Source of the DNA: Klebsormidium nitens
Taxonomy: Eukaryota; Plantae; Klebsormidiophyceae
Direction of reading: 5' to 3'
Assembly (NCBI GenBank): GCA_000708835.1
Contig: DF237341.1
Location: 1 to 64,000, forward strand
DNA: 64,000 nt
Part shown: positions 9,915-22,234 of the stretch, piece after piece
Position numbering within the stretch: position 1 is the stretch's first letter
Layout of the letters: the number at the start of each line of letters is the position of its first letter
Made by a program: the position numbers and the translations under genes
Notes under the pieces: generated by a model
The model's database searches: none
What the model saw: only the letters and a program-made list of their open reading frames with translations
Told to the model about the DNA's origin: nothing

Positions 9915-11704
9915 TTAAGACGATGCTGCAGCGAAGCGCTTCTCGACATCCTTCCAGTTGACGACCTTCCAGATGGCCTTGAGGTAGTCGGGGCGCACGT
10001 TCTTGTACTGCAGGTAGTAGGCGTGCTCCCACACGTCCACCCCCAGCAGCGGCACCAGCCCGCGCGCACTCACCGGATCCTGCAACCCCACCCCGCTGCC
10101 AATCAAGCCGAGCTTCACAGTCATGCGCTCACGAGCAGCTCGCATCTGAACTTTTTTAGCATACTCACGTGACGCATGTTCCCAACCAAGCACAGACTCG
10201 AACTGTGCAACAGCAAGCAAACCCTCCGGCTTAGACCGCTCGTCCCTTGATGTGCACACGGGGTCGGGCGTGGCCTACCTGGTTGGGTGTGGTGGTGATG
10301 AGGATGTGGTGCGTGTCGGGGTTGTACGCCAGCCACTGCACGCAGTAAACACACAGAGGGCCACCAATCAGATCGGGACATACGATGATGCAACACGGTA
10401 CATGAGCCGCTTGAAGCACAAGCCATCTTCAGGGAATCTCCACGAGAACAGGCGCTGGAGGGCTGAACGCCAGCTCAAGAATTTGGCAGGCAGCACAAGT
10501 GCAACGCTGAGCAAGGCGCAGGGCGGGGACAAGGCGGGGTGGGGGCGGCTCACCCCCCAGCCGGAGCCTTGCACCGCGGCGGTGGTGGCGGCAAACTTGG
10601 ACTTGAACGCGTCCAGCGAGCCAAACTCCTGGTCCAGCGCCGCAGCCAGAGGGCCACTCGGGGGCTCCCCACCGCCCTTCTGCAGACACAGCAACGGAGG
10701 CAGGGGCGGGGTTTTGGAAAGGCGTGGGGCTAGAGGAAAGAGAGGCCAGCAGGAGGCAAACTTGGTGACATGCACAGGTGCTAGCGAGCAGGGGCGCTGG
10801 AGGGGGCAGCGGGGGGACTTACAGCGGGGGGCGCGAGGTTCTTCCAGAAGATGCTGTGGTTGATGTGCCCTGCAGGACAGGCGCCAGTCAGAAGAAGGAG
10901 CGCGCGCAGGCAGGCCAGCGGCAGCGCACATGGGCGGGAGGGCAGGGGGCAGATGCAGGCGTCAGCAAGCGCGGCACAAACTTTAATGCTCACCTCCGCC
11001 GTTGAAGTTGATGGCACTCTGGAGGGCCACGATGGCGGGGGTGTCCCCCTTGGCCTGCGCCCCCTCCAGCTTCTCCAGCGCCGTGTTGTACCCCGTCACA
11101 TACGCCTGCAGCCCCGCGGGAGCGTGAATGTTAGTGGTGGGAACGAGCTACTCCAGGACGAGGTGGACCATGCACTGTGGCAGCCTCTGATGGGCACTGA
11201 CTCCTTAGCCCCAGGCCTGGCCCCACTGCGGCCAGAGCTGGTCAAGAGCATCCAAACTCCAAAAACTGCAAGTTGCAAGTGGTGATCGCCACATCCGCAG
11301 CCGAGAGTTCAGCAGAGTGATGGGTGGTTTGCTGGGGGCAAGATAGATGAGTGCTGGGTAGATGATCCACGTAGAGCTACTGGGTACTGCTACCCTTGCT
11401 TGCCCCCATCCCAGCACTGCTCTCAGCGTCCCCCCTGTGGGCAGTGGCCGATGCATCCCCAATGCATGCCATACATGCAAGCGGCCATCGCTTGCCCCCT
11501 AAGAGGCGTGCATTGCGGTGGGGCTTGTACCTGGTGGTGTTTCTGGTGGTGCAGCCGCATGATCTCCCCGCTGATCACCGGCTCCAGCTCGCCATAGTCA
11601 TAGTCCAGCGGCGGCACCGACACCGTGTGTACACTGCGCGCGGCCCCAGCTGCGCACGCCTGACGGGACGAAGGCGCCAGCGAGCGGAGCGCGTGGCGCA
11701 GCAT
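9915..11704 (-). CDS. MSD1: Mitochondrial manganese superoxide dismutase, 6 exons
   Basis: Exons 11704-11531, 11105-10994, 10869-10823, 10679-10554, 10335-10279, 10079-9915 splice in frame with GT-AG. Motifs [36 protein letters not shown]. Arg/Ser/Ala-rich presequence. Confidence 0.97.
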
Positions 11705-12130
11705 TGTAGCGGGCAACAAAGACGCGATGCGCAACGGATTGGATTAAGGCGAGAGGGCGGAGACACGCCTGGCCTGAGCGGCTGTCAGGGTCGGTGTAGG
11801 GACAGACGCCAAGTGCAATGTGACAATGAGAATCAGAGAAAGTCTGGAGATTAGGTAGCAGTCGGACCATGGCAGTACTATGATAGTCCTAGGTAGTAGC
11901 ACCATGGCAGTACACTGTTCTTGCGATGGACCAACAGGAACCGTGGGTTGAAGGTTCCAACTCAATCCGCGCGCAGGAACGCGCAGCAGACGGTTGCGAA
12001 AAAGCGGCAGGGCCTGTGCAGTGTGCAGATCTGTGGCCCGTGTGGGAATCGCAACTTGCAGCCCGCTGATGCAGTGAGATTGTAGAGTTCGGACTGTAGA
12101 GTCAACTGTCAAGTGCAAGACGGCTGCATT

Positions 12131-15100
12131 ATGGAGCCGAAAGTATTGAGTGGTGGTGGTGGTGGCGGGGAGGGGGCTACTGCCCCCCCTCCCTTCATCA
12201 ACACTGACCTGACGAGCACCCGCCAGGAGTACTACTTCTCCCCGCCCGCCTGGATCGATGCGTGGCTGCTGCGCCAGCTCCGCGACCCGCGCGACACGCC
12301 CCTCGCGTACCTGCTGTTCAACATCATTGTGCTGGTGGTGCCAGCGGCGGTGGCCACCTTTGTGGCGCCCCCGTCCCACGCACTGGGCGCTGCGTACCTG
12401 GTGCTCAGCAACGGCCTGTTCCTGCAGCGCTTCCTGCTGGGGCTGCACTACGCAGAGCACCTGCAGGCAAGGTGCCGCCCCCGGCAGCAGGGCCGCCACA
12501 TAGTGTCAATGACAGCTCCTGGTTGCTGGCCATCAAGGATTGGCAGGGGCTACTGAGCTGAGATCTACAAGACCCGATCAGGTGCCTTCTCAATGGATGC
12601 TAGCAATAGGACTTTTGATTGACTGTGTGGCTGGAACCTTGGTGCTCTTGGCTTGACCAGCTATCCTTTCTTCTAACTGCAGATCTTCAAGAGCGGCCTG
12701 CCAGGGGCTGTCTTGAACTCCCTGTGCCCGTACTTCCTGTGTGCCCTCTTTGGCCTGCCGTGAGTGTGCCGCCCACCTTCCTGCCCAGGATGTCTGGCCC
12801 CTGCTACACCTCACATTCCCCCACTCTTGATCTGCTCCTTCCTGGCCTGCTTCACTCCCAGCTGAGCACCTGGCACAGCTCTCAGATGCGCTGCTCACTT
12901 GGAATCGCGCTGTCACATCTGGGCAGCCTCTTCCCCTGAGCCCCCACCTGTAGCCTGCATTGCTGGGCCTGCTTCTACATAACCCCCATGCCGCACTTTT
13001 GTACCAATGGTGCTGAATGGGCGCCGGGTCTCTCTGTGCCAGGCCTGGCATGTACCGCCTGCATCACATCTACATGCACCACTGCGTAAGCCCCTGCCCT
13101 TTTCTCCTCCACTGCCGCTCCATATGTTGCCCAATTGGTGGGGCATCCATGGTCCAACGTGCCTGCCTGTTCTTCCCCCCAGCTCCATTGCTTCCAGACG
13201 GCTCCTTTCGTGTCCTTTCCCTCATTGTCTGCTGACTACTGGTGCCTGTGCCGTTGCGCATGCAGGAGAACAACTTGTTCCCCCACGACCTGTCCAGCAC
13301 GGAGGTCTATCAGCGCGACAACTTCTTCCACTGGCTCCTGTAAGCTCTCGCCCCCACACTAGCCTACCCGGGGCGCTTGTCTGTCCCTTGCGCTTGTCTG
13401 TCCCTTGCGTTCCTTGCCCCATGCTTCCCCGCCTTTGGGGAGTGTTGTGCCCCCCTTCCCCTCAGCGGCTGCTGTGCTGCTGCTGCGTGCCAGGTACTGG
13501 CTGCGCTTCTGGGTGGCCATCTGGGTGGAGCTGCCCCTGTACGCCCTGCGCAAGCGCCGGCTGCGCCTCGCCGCCCACACCCTCGTCATGCTCGCCGCCT
13601 TTGCGTGAGCCTGCCGGCCATGCTCCTCCTCTCCTTTTCTGTTGTGTTACTTCGTTGTATCTGTGGTCTTATTCCAACAACCAACCCAACTGAGAATCTT
13701 GTTGGAAACAGCTCCCTCCAATTCCATTTGGACGTCTTAATCGCTTTCGAGACTCACCAGGACTTGCGGCCCAGACTCCTTTCCGTTCCAGGCAGCTTGC
13801 TTTTCGTGCCCCTCCACTCCCGGTATACTTCTCCACTGCTGCCCTATTCCCGGCCCAGCCCCTGCCCGCCCGTCTCCTCCACTGTCCTCTTGGCCTGCGT
13901 GCAGGGCCGTCGTCCGCCAGCTGTGGCTCTTCAACCACGTCGCCACCATCTGGGTACGCGGCCCCCTTTCGCTCTTCCTTCCTGCCCGAGTGCGCCCCAT
14001 GCTTGCCCCGCACCTCTCCTGCATGCTCGCTGCCCTCTCTCCCGGGGCATCCCCTGGTGGGTGTGCGCTGCTGCGTGGGCCCACTTGGTGCGTGGCCCTG
14101 TGCTGCAGGTGGTGGCTGCCCCCATGCTGGTGGCGTCGCTGGCCATGATGTTCGGCAACTGGGCGCAGCACCTCTTCCTCGACCCCGCCCGCCCCCGCAG
14201 CAACTACGCCCTCACGTCAGCGCGCTCCTCCCCCCCTCGCTCTCGGCCCACCTCTGCTGCGACCTTCCGCCAAACGGCGCTGCCTGTGTTCGTGCCCCAT
14301 GAAAGGCGTGGAGGTGCCGCCTGATGCACACACCTGCTTCGGGCTTCTGCGCGAGGCGCCTCTCTGTCTCGAGCTCTGTTGCGCATGCGCCCGTGAGCCT
14401 GGCTCGTGTATGACGCCGCTCTCTCGCTGGCGCAGCTACAACCTGGTGAACGCGGCGGACAACCTGAAGACGTTCAACGACGGCTACCACATCGTGCACC
14501 ACCAAAACTCCAAGCTCCACTGGTACGCCCCCCCCCCCTTCCGCCCTGGCTCTAGCACCATGGCGGCCCTGCTGCTGCCCGGATGCCTTGCGGTGTGGTT
14601 GTGGTGCTGTCAATTTCCGGTCGTGGCGAGTGTGGCCCAGCAGCGGCTGTGTCACCTTTGCTCTGCGCGTCTCCTCGCAGGACGGAGCTGCCGCTGCGCT
14701 TCATGCAAACACTGGACAAGCACGCGCACGAGGACGCGCTCGTCTTTGAGGTACGCCGCCCATGCTTCACCCAGCCCGGCCCGGCGCCAGGAGGAGCCGC
14801 TCGCCATGCTCGCACTCATGTCGCTGTGGGAGGACTCTGGTGCGGCTTGGGTCCCCCGTTGCTTGCCGTGCTGCCTCGTTGCATCCGGCTGATCTGTCGC
14901 CCGTCGTGCTGCGCTGCAGGGGCTCGGCTTCTTCGACGTCGGCTTCCTGGCCATGACGGGGCAGCTCCACAAGCTGGCGGACAGGTATCACCCCGCCACC
15001 TCGCTCGCCCGGCCCTCCGCAGCCAGCCGAGCGTCGTGAGCATTGTGGAAGCCGCCATGGCAGCTTCTGAGACGAGGCATCGTGTTGCAGGCCGCGCTTG

Positions 15101-15335
15101 GTTTCGGAGGCTCCGATGTGGCATGCGAGGGTGGCTCAGCGTGGGGCGTGTGTGCAGGTACGTGGACATTGGGCAGAAGCGGCGGTCGCGCGAGGAGCTG
15201 GTGGCCATGCTGAAGGAGCGGCTGCGGCCCATCCGGGCGAGCGCGCGGCACCAGGGGGCGGACGAGCAGCAGGGCGGGGGCAGGGGCGCGGGGGAGGGGC
15301 GGGGCAGGGGGAGCGGGGAGAGCCGCCGACGGTGA
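12131..15335 (+). CDS. Membrane fatty-acid-desaturase-superfamily protein of unknown specificity, about 11 exons
   Basis: His boxes LHYAEH, HHIYMHH, YHIVHH; ENN...DLSSTEVYQRD; FGNWAQH; hydrophobic spans. Exons splice in frame, with the first intron GC-AG. Confidence 0.85.
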
Positions 15336-16472
15336 CATTGGAGGATTGGGTGGACGAAGATGGACGCGGCGGCGGAGTGGGGTATGCTGTCGAGTGATGT
15401 TTGTTGCTTTCGAAATCACGAGTTGCCGAGATGGTTACACGTGAACAAGCAATTTTTCCGTTATGGTTTTCGCAAAACTTTGGCCGTAACAGCCAACCAC
15501 GGTAATCAGAAGTCCTCGAGGTGAACTGGATCAGTCAGTGGCCTTTGCAGTCGGGAACAGGGCTTGCCAAGTCACGAAGGCAAATGGTCTTTGTAGGAGG
15601 ACGTACGGACGACGGGCCTGAAAGAGGTCGTTGAGATGTGGAATGTGGCTGGCCCAGCTCTACAAAAATGGCGCTACATGCGCATCACTTGCATATGTGC
15701 CTACGCTATTCCGTCTGGTCAACTCGCCACGAGAACTAGACTCGTTCGTGCTTGTGCTATAACCTGCGTTCTCAATGTGTTCGTGCTCATCAATTGCATT
15801 GGACACCTTCCAGCCCGCAGGCCACCTTTGCTTTTGTCATGTACATATCGAGCTGTAGACTAGCGGAATCTGGACTGGATGGATCTTGCGCTGATCCGTC
15901 CTAGCAAATTACTGTTTAATCAACACCTGGCATGCATGGCTTCATGATGGGCCTTCCTTGTAGAACTGTCGCCAGTGCTGCTGTAGTCTCCTCATGACAC
16001 AGAATTATCGAGTCCAAAAATGGTCCGTTTGAATTGTTTCATGATCATGGCGTGTGCCAAAACAGAAGACGATCTGGACCTGGGTGCGTTGTAAGTTAAT
16101 GCTACATCTTGGACATCAACATAGCTGAGATCAAGAGATTCCCTCCCGTTAGCCATGAGTGTGAGATGTGAAGGTGTTGGCTACGTAGGTTAACAAGTTC
16201 AATTGTTTACATGCAAGTGGCCGTCAGGTGCGGGCGGCCCACAGAGCCCGTAGGGTAGGAAGCTATATCCACATGCGCCACAAGATACTCGGTACGGACA
16301 TGCACATTGTCTGTTGCACTTAGACAGTGTTCCTGCGGTTGTTCCAAGGATCGGGACGGTAGCGTTGCTTCGACTCTCAATGATAGAGATGAACGGAGTC
16401 TTTCATGCCATGAACTCGCGGAAAACAAACACGTATGCATGGTGCAATAATGTTTGCATCACCAGTGGTCGA

Positions 16473-18080
16473 TCAGCCAGGTTGCATCCTTTCCATTTGT
16501 ATAGACTGTGCTTCAAGGAGCCCATCCTCCTCGCCTCGCCCTTGCAGCTGCCCCCGGGGCTGGCCTCGCTCCTCGTCTAGCAGGAGCTGGATGGCGCTCT
16601 TCCCAAAGGTGTCCGGCAGGACCTCCAGGCCCGACCAAGTGTAGCACGCTCGACGTACCTGGGAAGGGCAGGCGCAGTGTGAGCAGCAAGACCAGGCGGG
16701 CCGCCCAAGCCAATACTGCAGGCAGGCGCATAGACAGAGAATCTGCGCCACTCCACTGGAAGCGACCGGTGTCAAGGCGCAGTAAGGGCGGCAGTCTCAC
16801 CTTGCGTAGGACCAGGGTGCAGATGAGCAGGCTGAGCCACAACAGGCAGTACCGCCCTACTGCAAGCAGGCACAATATAGAACGAGTTCGGTCCTGCGAA
16901 TTTCCATTCGACAGAGCACTGGCATGGCCGTGTCCAAGACTTAGAAGCTAGTCACACTAGGCCTTGCGGATGCCAGCAGTCGCTCCCCATTGTACGCCCA
17001 TCATGTTCTTATGACCACAGCGCTGCTGGGGGGCACCTGCGGGGGTGGTGGCGGCGGGCAGGGTGGCAAGGCTGGGCAACAGGTGGCCCAGGTACACAGT
17101 CTGCAGGACCACAGGAAACGCCCCAGCGGTGGGCCACAGAAAGTCCTTCACTGGCACCTGCAGGGAGCAAAGTATTGCAGTCAGCCCTGGAAGGGGCCTG
17201 CCCCCTTTTCAAAGAGGCTTGTGTGGAGGGGCTTGTGCCACAGCTCTTCTAGTTGGGCCAGCCAGCGCAGTGGCTGAGACACACGAAAGGGCACCAGATG
17301 AACAGCATGGAGAATCCTGATTGGTCACATCAACATGCTCTCCCTGTTGCGGAGAACTTGAGATGCGCACCTGCCAAAGGGCATAGTTGACGATGAAGTT
17401 TGGGATGGGGCTGAGGCGTGCTAGCAGCATAAACTTCCAGCCCCCGCGTGCAGCCCCCAGCTGCAGCACCTCATAGCGCCGGTAGTTGGCGAGGCAGGCG
17501 TGGACGACAGGCTGGAGGGGGGACCTGCGCCACACCAGCACACCCGTTCAGCGCCAGGCGAGAGCACGCCCCGGGACTGCAATGGCTGCAGCAGTGCCAA
17601 TCATGTGCAGAGAAGGGGCCCACAATGGGGCTGCGGCCCTCACCGGGCCACGGCGTACGCTGCCGCCGCTGCAAAGAACTTGGCTAGCAGGACCAGCAGA
17701 AGAGCCCCCAAAAAGGGCAGAGTGGCGCCTGCGAGGAGAAGCACACGGACACCAGACCTCAGTGGGGAGTGAGCGATGGGGCTCTATTGACAGAGTATGT
17801 CCCTGACCTGGACATTGGGCAATGCGTGTCACAGGAGGTCACACATGGGTAAGGGGGCCCTGCCATTTCGTTCGTCATTACACTATTATTGGGCGGGCAT
17901 GCTTCCCTTGCCTGCGTACAGCTCCAGCAGGAAGGTGGCAGGGAAGCAGACCACCGGGGCAAGACTGAGAAACGCCGCCAGCAAGGGCAGGCGCAAAGGC
18001 AGCGCCATGTGGTTCATGCCAAATTCAGAAGCTGCAAAACATGTTGTCTCCAGTCGGAGCATCTGCTGGCACTGCATCAT
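16473..18080 (-). CDS. VTT / SNARE-associated Golgi (TVP38/TMEM64, DedA-like) membrane protein, 6 exons
   Basis: FPATFLLELYAGATLPFLGALLLVLLAKFFAAAAAYAVAR, FMLLARLSPIPNFIVNY, TVYLG. Start codon uncertain. Confidence 0.8.
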
Positions 18081-18464
18081 GAGTCATGCTGGAGTCCGAC
18101 TGCCGTTGGCATCAGTCTGCATCCTGACTCGGAGTCTCGCGGAGGTGTCGGAGCCTCTCATGCACGCTAGCTACCTATGGTAGGCGTGAGGATTGTGACG
18201 TCATGACTCTGCGTCACTGTGTTCCTTGACAAGAAGACAGTGACCTTGACACTGCAGTAAAAAAAAAAAGTAGCAGTCCATAGATAGAATACCTTTGTGG
18301 ATGACAAAGCAACTTTGAGCAGTGTCAAGCAATCACTGCAGGCAGCAGGATTAAGTGTCAAGAGGCACTTGGCGCAAATTGGCGCGCAAATTGGTCGGGT
18401 TCCTTGCCTGTTTTACCACCGTGACTGACTGAGGCTAGTGTCGGCGGTCGCTCCCTGGATAATT

Positions 18465-18640
18465 CTCAAGAAAGATAATAGTAAGCCAAAATAATAGTAA
18501 GCTCCGACTAACACTAAAAACCCTAACCTTAAATGAAACACCCGCTCCGGACCCGTACCCACCCTAACCACCATACTAACCCTACCCGTCACAGTGCGGT
18601 TACCTTACTATTATCTGGGCTTACTATTATTCTTCTTGAG
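18465..18640. mobile_element. MITE-like element, 176 bp, 37-bp TIRs
   Basis: 18465-18501 vs reverse complement of 18604-18640: 33/37 identical. Each arm carries ATAATAGTAAG twice. Flanks share only TT. Confidence 0.75.
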
Positions 18641-18818
18641 TTTCATGCTCCCTGGGCCTGGGCCTCAGCCTGCTCAGGCTGGCCAGCCTTTGCCCCGTTC
18701 TGGCTCGTTGCCTGTGGCCAATTGCAAACATCGGATGCCTCAGGCTTTAGTGGAAGGGGCATAGATCATTAGATAAAGTAATCCAGTTTCAGCATTGAGG
18801 AGGCTTCTGTCAGTAAAA

Positions 18819-21684
18819 ATGCCGGGCAGCATTCATCTGGCAGGTAGGGTACATCTTCTCAGTCTGGCATTGTGCAGACGCTCTGCAGGCAGATTAGTTG
18901 TGGAGAATAGCGATTGACTTTATGCATCCAGCCATCATATTGGGTTTTGCGATGCACCAATGTGAACGGTCTTGATTTGGCCTCCCTGTGCATCTATCCC
19001 GCTCTTACATTCCCTTTCCCTTTGCAGTCCTGGACGCTTCTGACATATCGCAAGGTGAGTAGGGGCAGAAAGGAGAGAGGTTTTGATGTCTTTGGCTGGG
19101 CGCATGGTGGTGCTCAACTGACCGGGCTACTTCTTCAGTAGAAGCTTTTGTTCTTCAAATTGAACAAATGCAGAATTGCATATTGGCTGCTGGAGGCGTC
19201 GTTGGAATGGAGCCCAATTGTTGAGGAAATACTGTTCCTTGCAGTTGCTGGAGATGGTGTCTCCATCAAAGGTGAGACCTTTGCTTGCCGGTGTCTGCTC
19301 CCTTCTATTCTCCTATTTACAGCTGTGCAACTCTGATGCTACTTTAAACACTGCTTCCAAGAATCAGCAAGGTGGCACTGATTCGCTTTTACGTACATTA
19401 TGCCCACATGTTGCATCAGTTGAGAGCATTTGCTTGCCTACTGTATACTTACGATGAAAGGTTGACTTCCTGATCACCGCAGCAACGCTGGGCAAGAAGC
19501 AGTTTGTGACAGAAGTGGCACGCATCACAGCGGGCAAGGCTGGACCCTGGGACGATGAGGAGCATGCATTCTCGGTGATGTCACTCACTGTAAGGCACCA
19601 GGCTTATGCCCCAAACTGCTCGAGTCATGACTCCCTCTACTCATTGTCTTTGTCCCCTTCAATGCCCCTTGTTCCTGATTCTCAACTCACGAGCTTCTGT
19701 GCAGTCTGTAGACGTTGTTTTTGCCTCTCTTACTCAGTTTCTTCCTTGTTCCAGGACCCCCTTGTCCTTTCACTTCTGGACGCCAATGGCGAGCCTCTAG
19801 GCAGTACCCGTAAGTTTGCTTTAGTCAGCTAGGCTTGCGTGCAAGCAAGAAAAGCCAGCAGACACTCTGAAACTTCTCCACGTTTGGCCTTTCGTCTCAT
19901 GCAACATCTTGTGCCAGACCTGCCCTTCGATTGTAGCTCCTCTTTTCTGAACTGTGGCTTTTATTGTAATGTTGGGAGATCTCGGTGAAGTCACGAACAA
20001 CTTCATACTGACTAGTCTACTGCCTCGTGTAAATGTTCGCAAGTCCTTGTGGAATTGCACACCACCATGACTGAGGTAGGATCATCTGTTATGTATATAT
20101 CCGCGGTGATTGGACCTGTCAGACTGCTGCCGAAAACTGGTTTGACTTTAAAGCAGCAGGATCTATGCCATGGCAACCTTTGCTTGGGTCACCGTCAGTC
20201 ACTGGTTTGGATTTGGTCCACTCATATCTTCAGCTCTTTTCTGTTTGCAGAGGTTACGACTCCATCCATTGTGGAAAAGTGAGTTGCTCTGGCCTTTCCT
20301 CGTCTGCCCTGATGGCTGCTCACTATCCAATGGCCCCGTTCCTTTCTTCCTGGTCCTCGTGCGCTCTGCAGAGAGGTGATGTGGCAGGTGTGGGGCAGTG
20401 GTGCACCCCAGGCTGCCTGCGCTCTATCATGGGCTAGACATGGGCCTGAAATCCTGCTCCGCTGAATGCAGAGGTTTCCGGGACGAGACTCTTGCGCTGA
20501 AAGATGGCAAGGTAGGCTTGGGGGTGTCTGCACTGCCAGCTGCATGGCATCGTCATGCACTCCACTCTCAGACACAGGTCTGGGGCAATGCACGAAAGAT
20601 GCACGTGGGTGAGTTCATCAGGTTTGCATTGCTGATGCTGTTGGTGATGACTACACCCCCCTTGTGAGAATATGATACGTCACTTACGCAATTGCTTTGA
20701 GGAGTTGTTGATTCATCACTTGTCGGCCCCGCCTGTTGCGCAGGGCCAGATCCAGGGCCGCGTGCATGTGAAGCTCTCGTTTGTCCTGAGCGACGAGGAG
20801 CGCAAGAAGATTGAGGCCATGGTGAGCTGCCGCTCACCGCGGCGTCCACCTGCGTGGGGGCCGCACTGGCCAGGCTGGCGCGCAGTGTCAGTGGCAGCCG
20901 CCTGGCCTTGGCCTCCCTAGCGCTGGATGTTGCGAGTGCTAGTCCTCTGTTGCTTGTGATGTGGCTGTCACCATCTGTAGGCACGTCGCCAGCGTGTTGC
21001 TCTCTTAGAGAGCGACCATGTGTAGACTCGTATGAACAAGGACCCTGTATTGTGGATCCAAATAACCTGTGTCCAGCGGTGCCATGAGGTCTGTGCTGCA
21101 GGTGGCCACCCTGCAAGTCCCGCCCCTCATTGCATCCCTGCTTTGCTCCCTGCAGCGCTCCAAGTCGCTTGCAAGGAAAGGGGGGGCAGCAGAAAAGTCC
21201 CCCACTGCTGATGCGGAGGTTGTTGCCAGCCCGGGCCTGAACGGTCGGCGGGCAAGTGCGTCACGCTTCTCCTTTGAGAAGGCGATTGGCAATGGCGAGA
21301 GCACGGGGCCGGCGGAGACAGCGGCGGTGGTGGCGGCGGTGGGCGCAGAGGTGGACGCCCAGGTGGCGCGCGCCAGCACGGCCGCGCTACAAGCCACTGC
21401 CGACGTGGCGAAGCAGGCCAAGGAGGTGGCGGCCACCAGCGAGGGGGCCACCGCAAGCAGTGCAGACAAGCTGGCCCACAAGGCGGCTGAGGTTTCAGAG
21501 AAGGCAGCAGGGGTGGCAGCCACTGCAGCGGAAGGGGCGGCAGGCAAGGGAAGCGCAGGCAACGGGGTGGCAAAAACGAAGGCGGGAGAGGCGGATATGC
21601 TGCTGCGGCGGCCTAGCGTGAAGGAGCGCGTGGCAGCGCTGGAGAGCCCGGTCGGGCCACCGTCGCGTGAGGGGAGCCTGAAGA
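18819..21684 (+). CDS. N-terminal part of a protein with a C2-like domain resembling an uncharacterised land-plant family, followed by an Ala/Glu-rich linker (runs into gap)
   Basis: Eight short exons splice in frame to MPGSIHLAVLDASDISQVAGDGVSIKATLGKKQF...HAFSVMSLTDPLVLSLLDANGEPLGSTQVTTPSIVEKGFRDETLALKDGK...VHVKLSFVLSDEERKKIEAMRSK. This is close, from memory, to plant proteins starting MPGTIQVSVL with LQFVLSEEER. Confidence 0.8.
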
Positions 21685-22234
21685 NNNNNNNNNNNNNNNN
21701 NNNNNNNNNNNNNNNNNNNNNNNNNNNNNNNNNNNNNNNNNNNNNNNNNNNNNNNNNNNNNNNNNNNNNNNNNNNNNNNNNNNNNNNNNNNNNNNNNNNN
21801 NNNNNNNNNNNNNNNNNNNNNNNNNNNNNNNNNNNNNNNNNNNNNNNNNNNNNNNNNNNNNNNNNNNNNNNNNNNNNNNNNNNNNNNNNNNNNNNNNNNN
21901 NNNNNNNNNNNNNNNNNNNNNNNNNNNNNNNNNNNNNNNNNNNNNNNNNNNNNNNNNNNNNNNNNNNNNNNNNNNNNNNNNNNNNNNNNNNNNNNNNNNN
22001 NNNNNNNNNNNNNNNNNNNNNNNNNNNNNNNNNNNNNNNNNNNNNNNNNNNNNNNNNNNNNNNNNNNNNNNNNNNNNNNNNNNNNNNNNNNNNNNNNNNN
22101 NNNNNNNNNNNNNNNNNNNNNNNNNNNNNNNNNNNNNNNNNNNNNNNNNNNNNNNNNNNNNNNNNNNNNNNNNNNNNNNNNNNNNNNNNNNNNNNNNNNN
22201 NNNNNNNNNNNNNNNNNNNNNNNNNNNNNNNNNN
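21685..22234. other. Assembly gap (550 N)
   Basis: Run of N inside coding sequence. Confidence 1.

Noticed and set aside
13373-13408. Small intronic tandem duplications (also 58417-58453, 53321-53344)
   Set aside because: Ordinary slippage duplications of 12-20 bp.
10252-15419. Numerous 100-315-aa overlapping and antisense ORFs in GC-rich genes
   Set aside because: Shadows of high-GC exons and introns with few stops; explained by the spliced genes. Many track starts are GTG/TTG.
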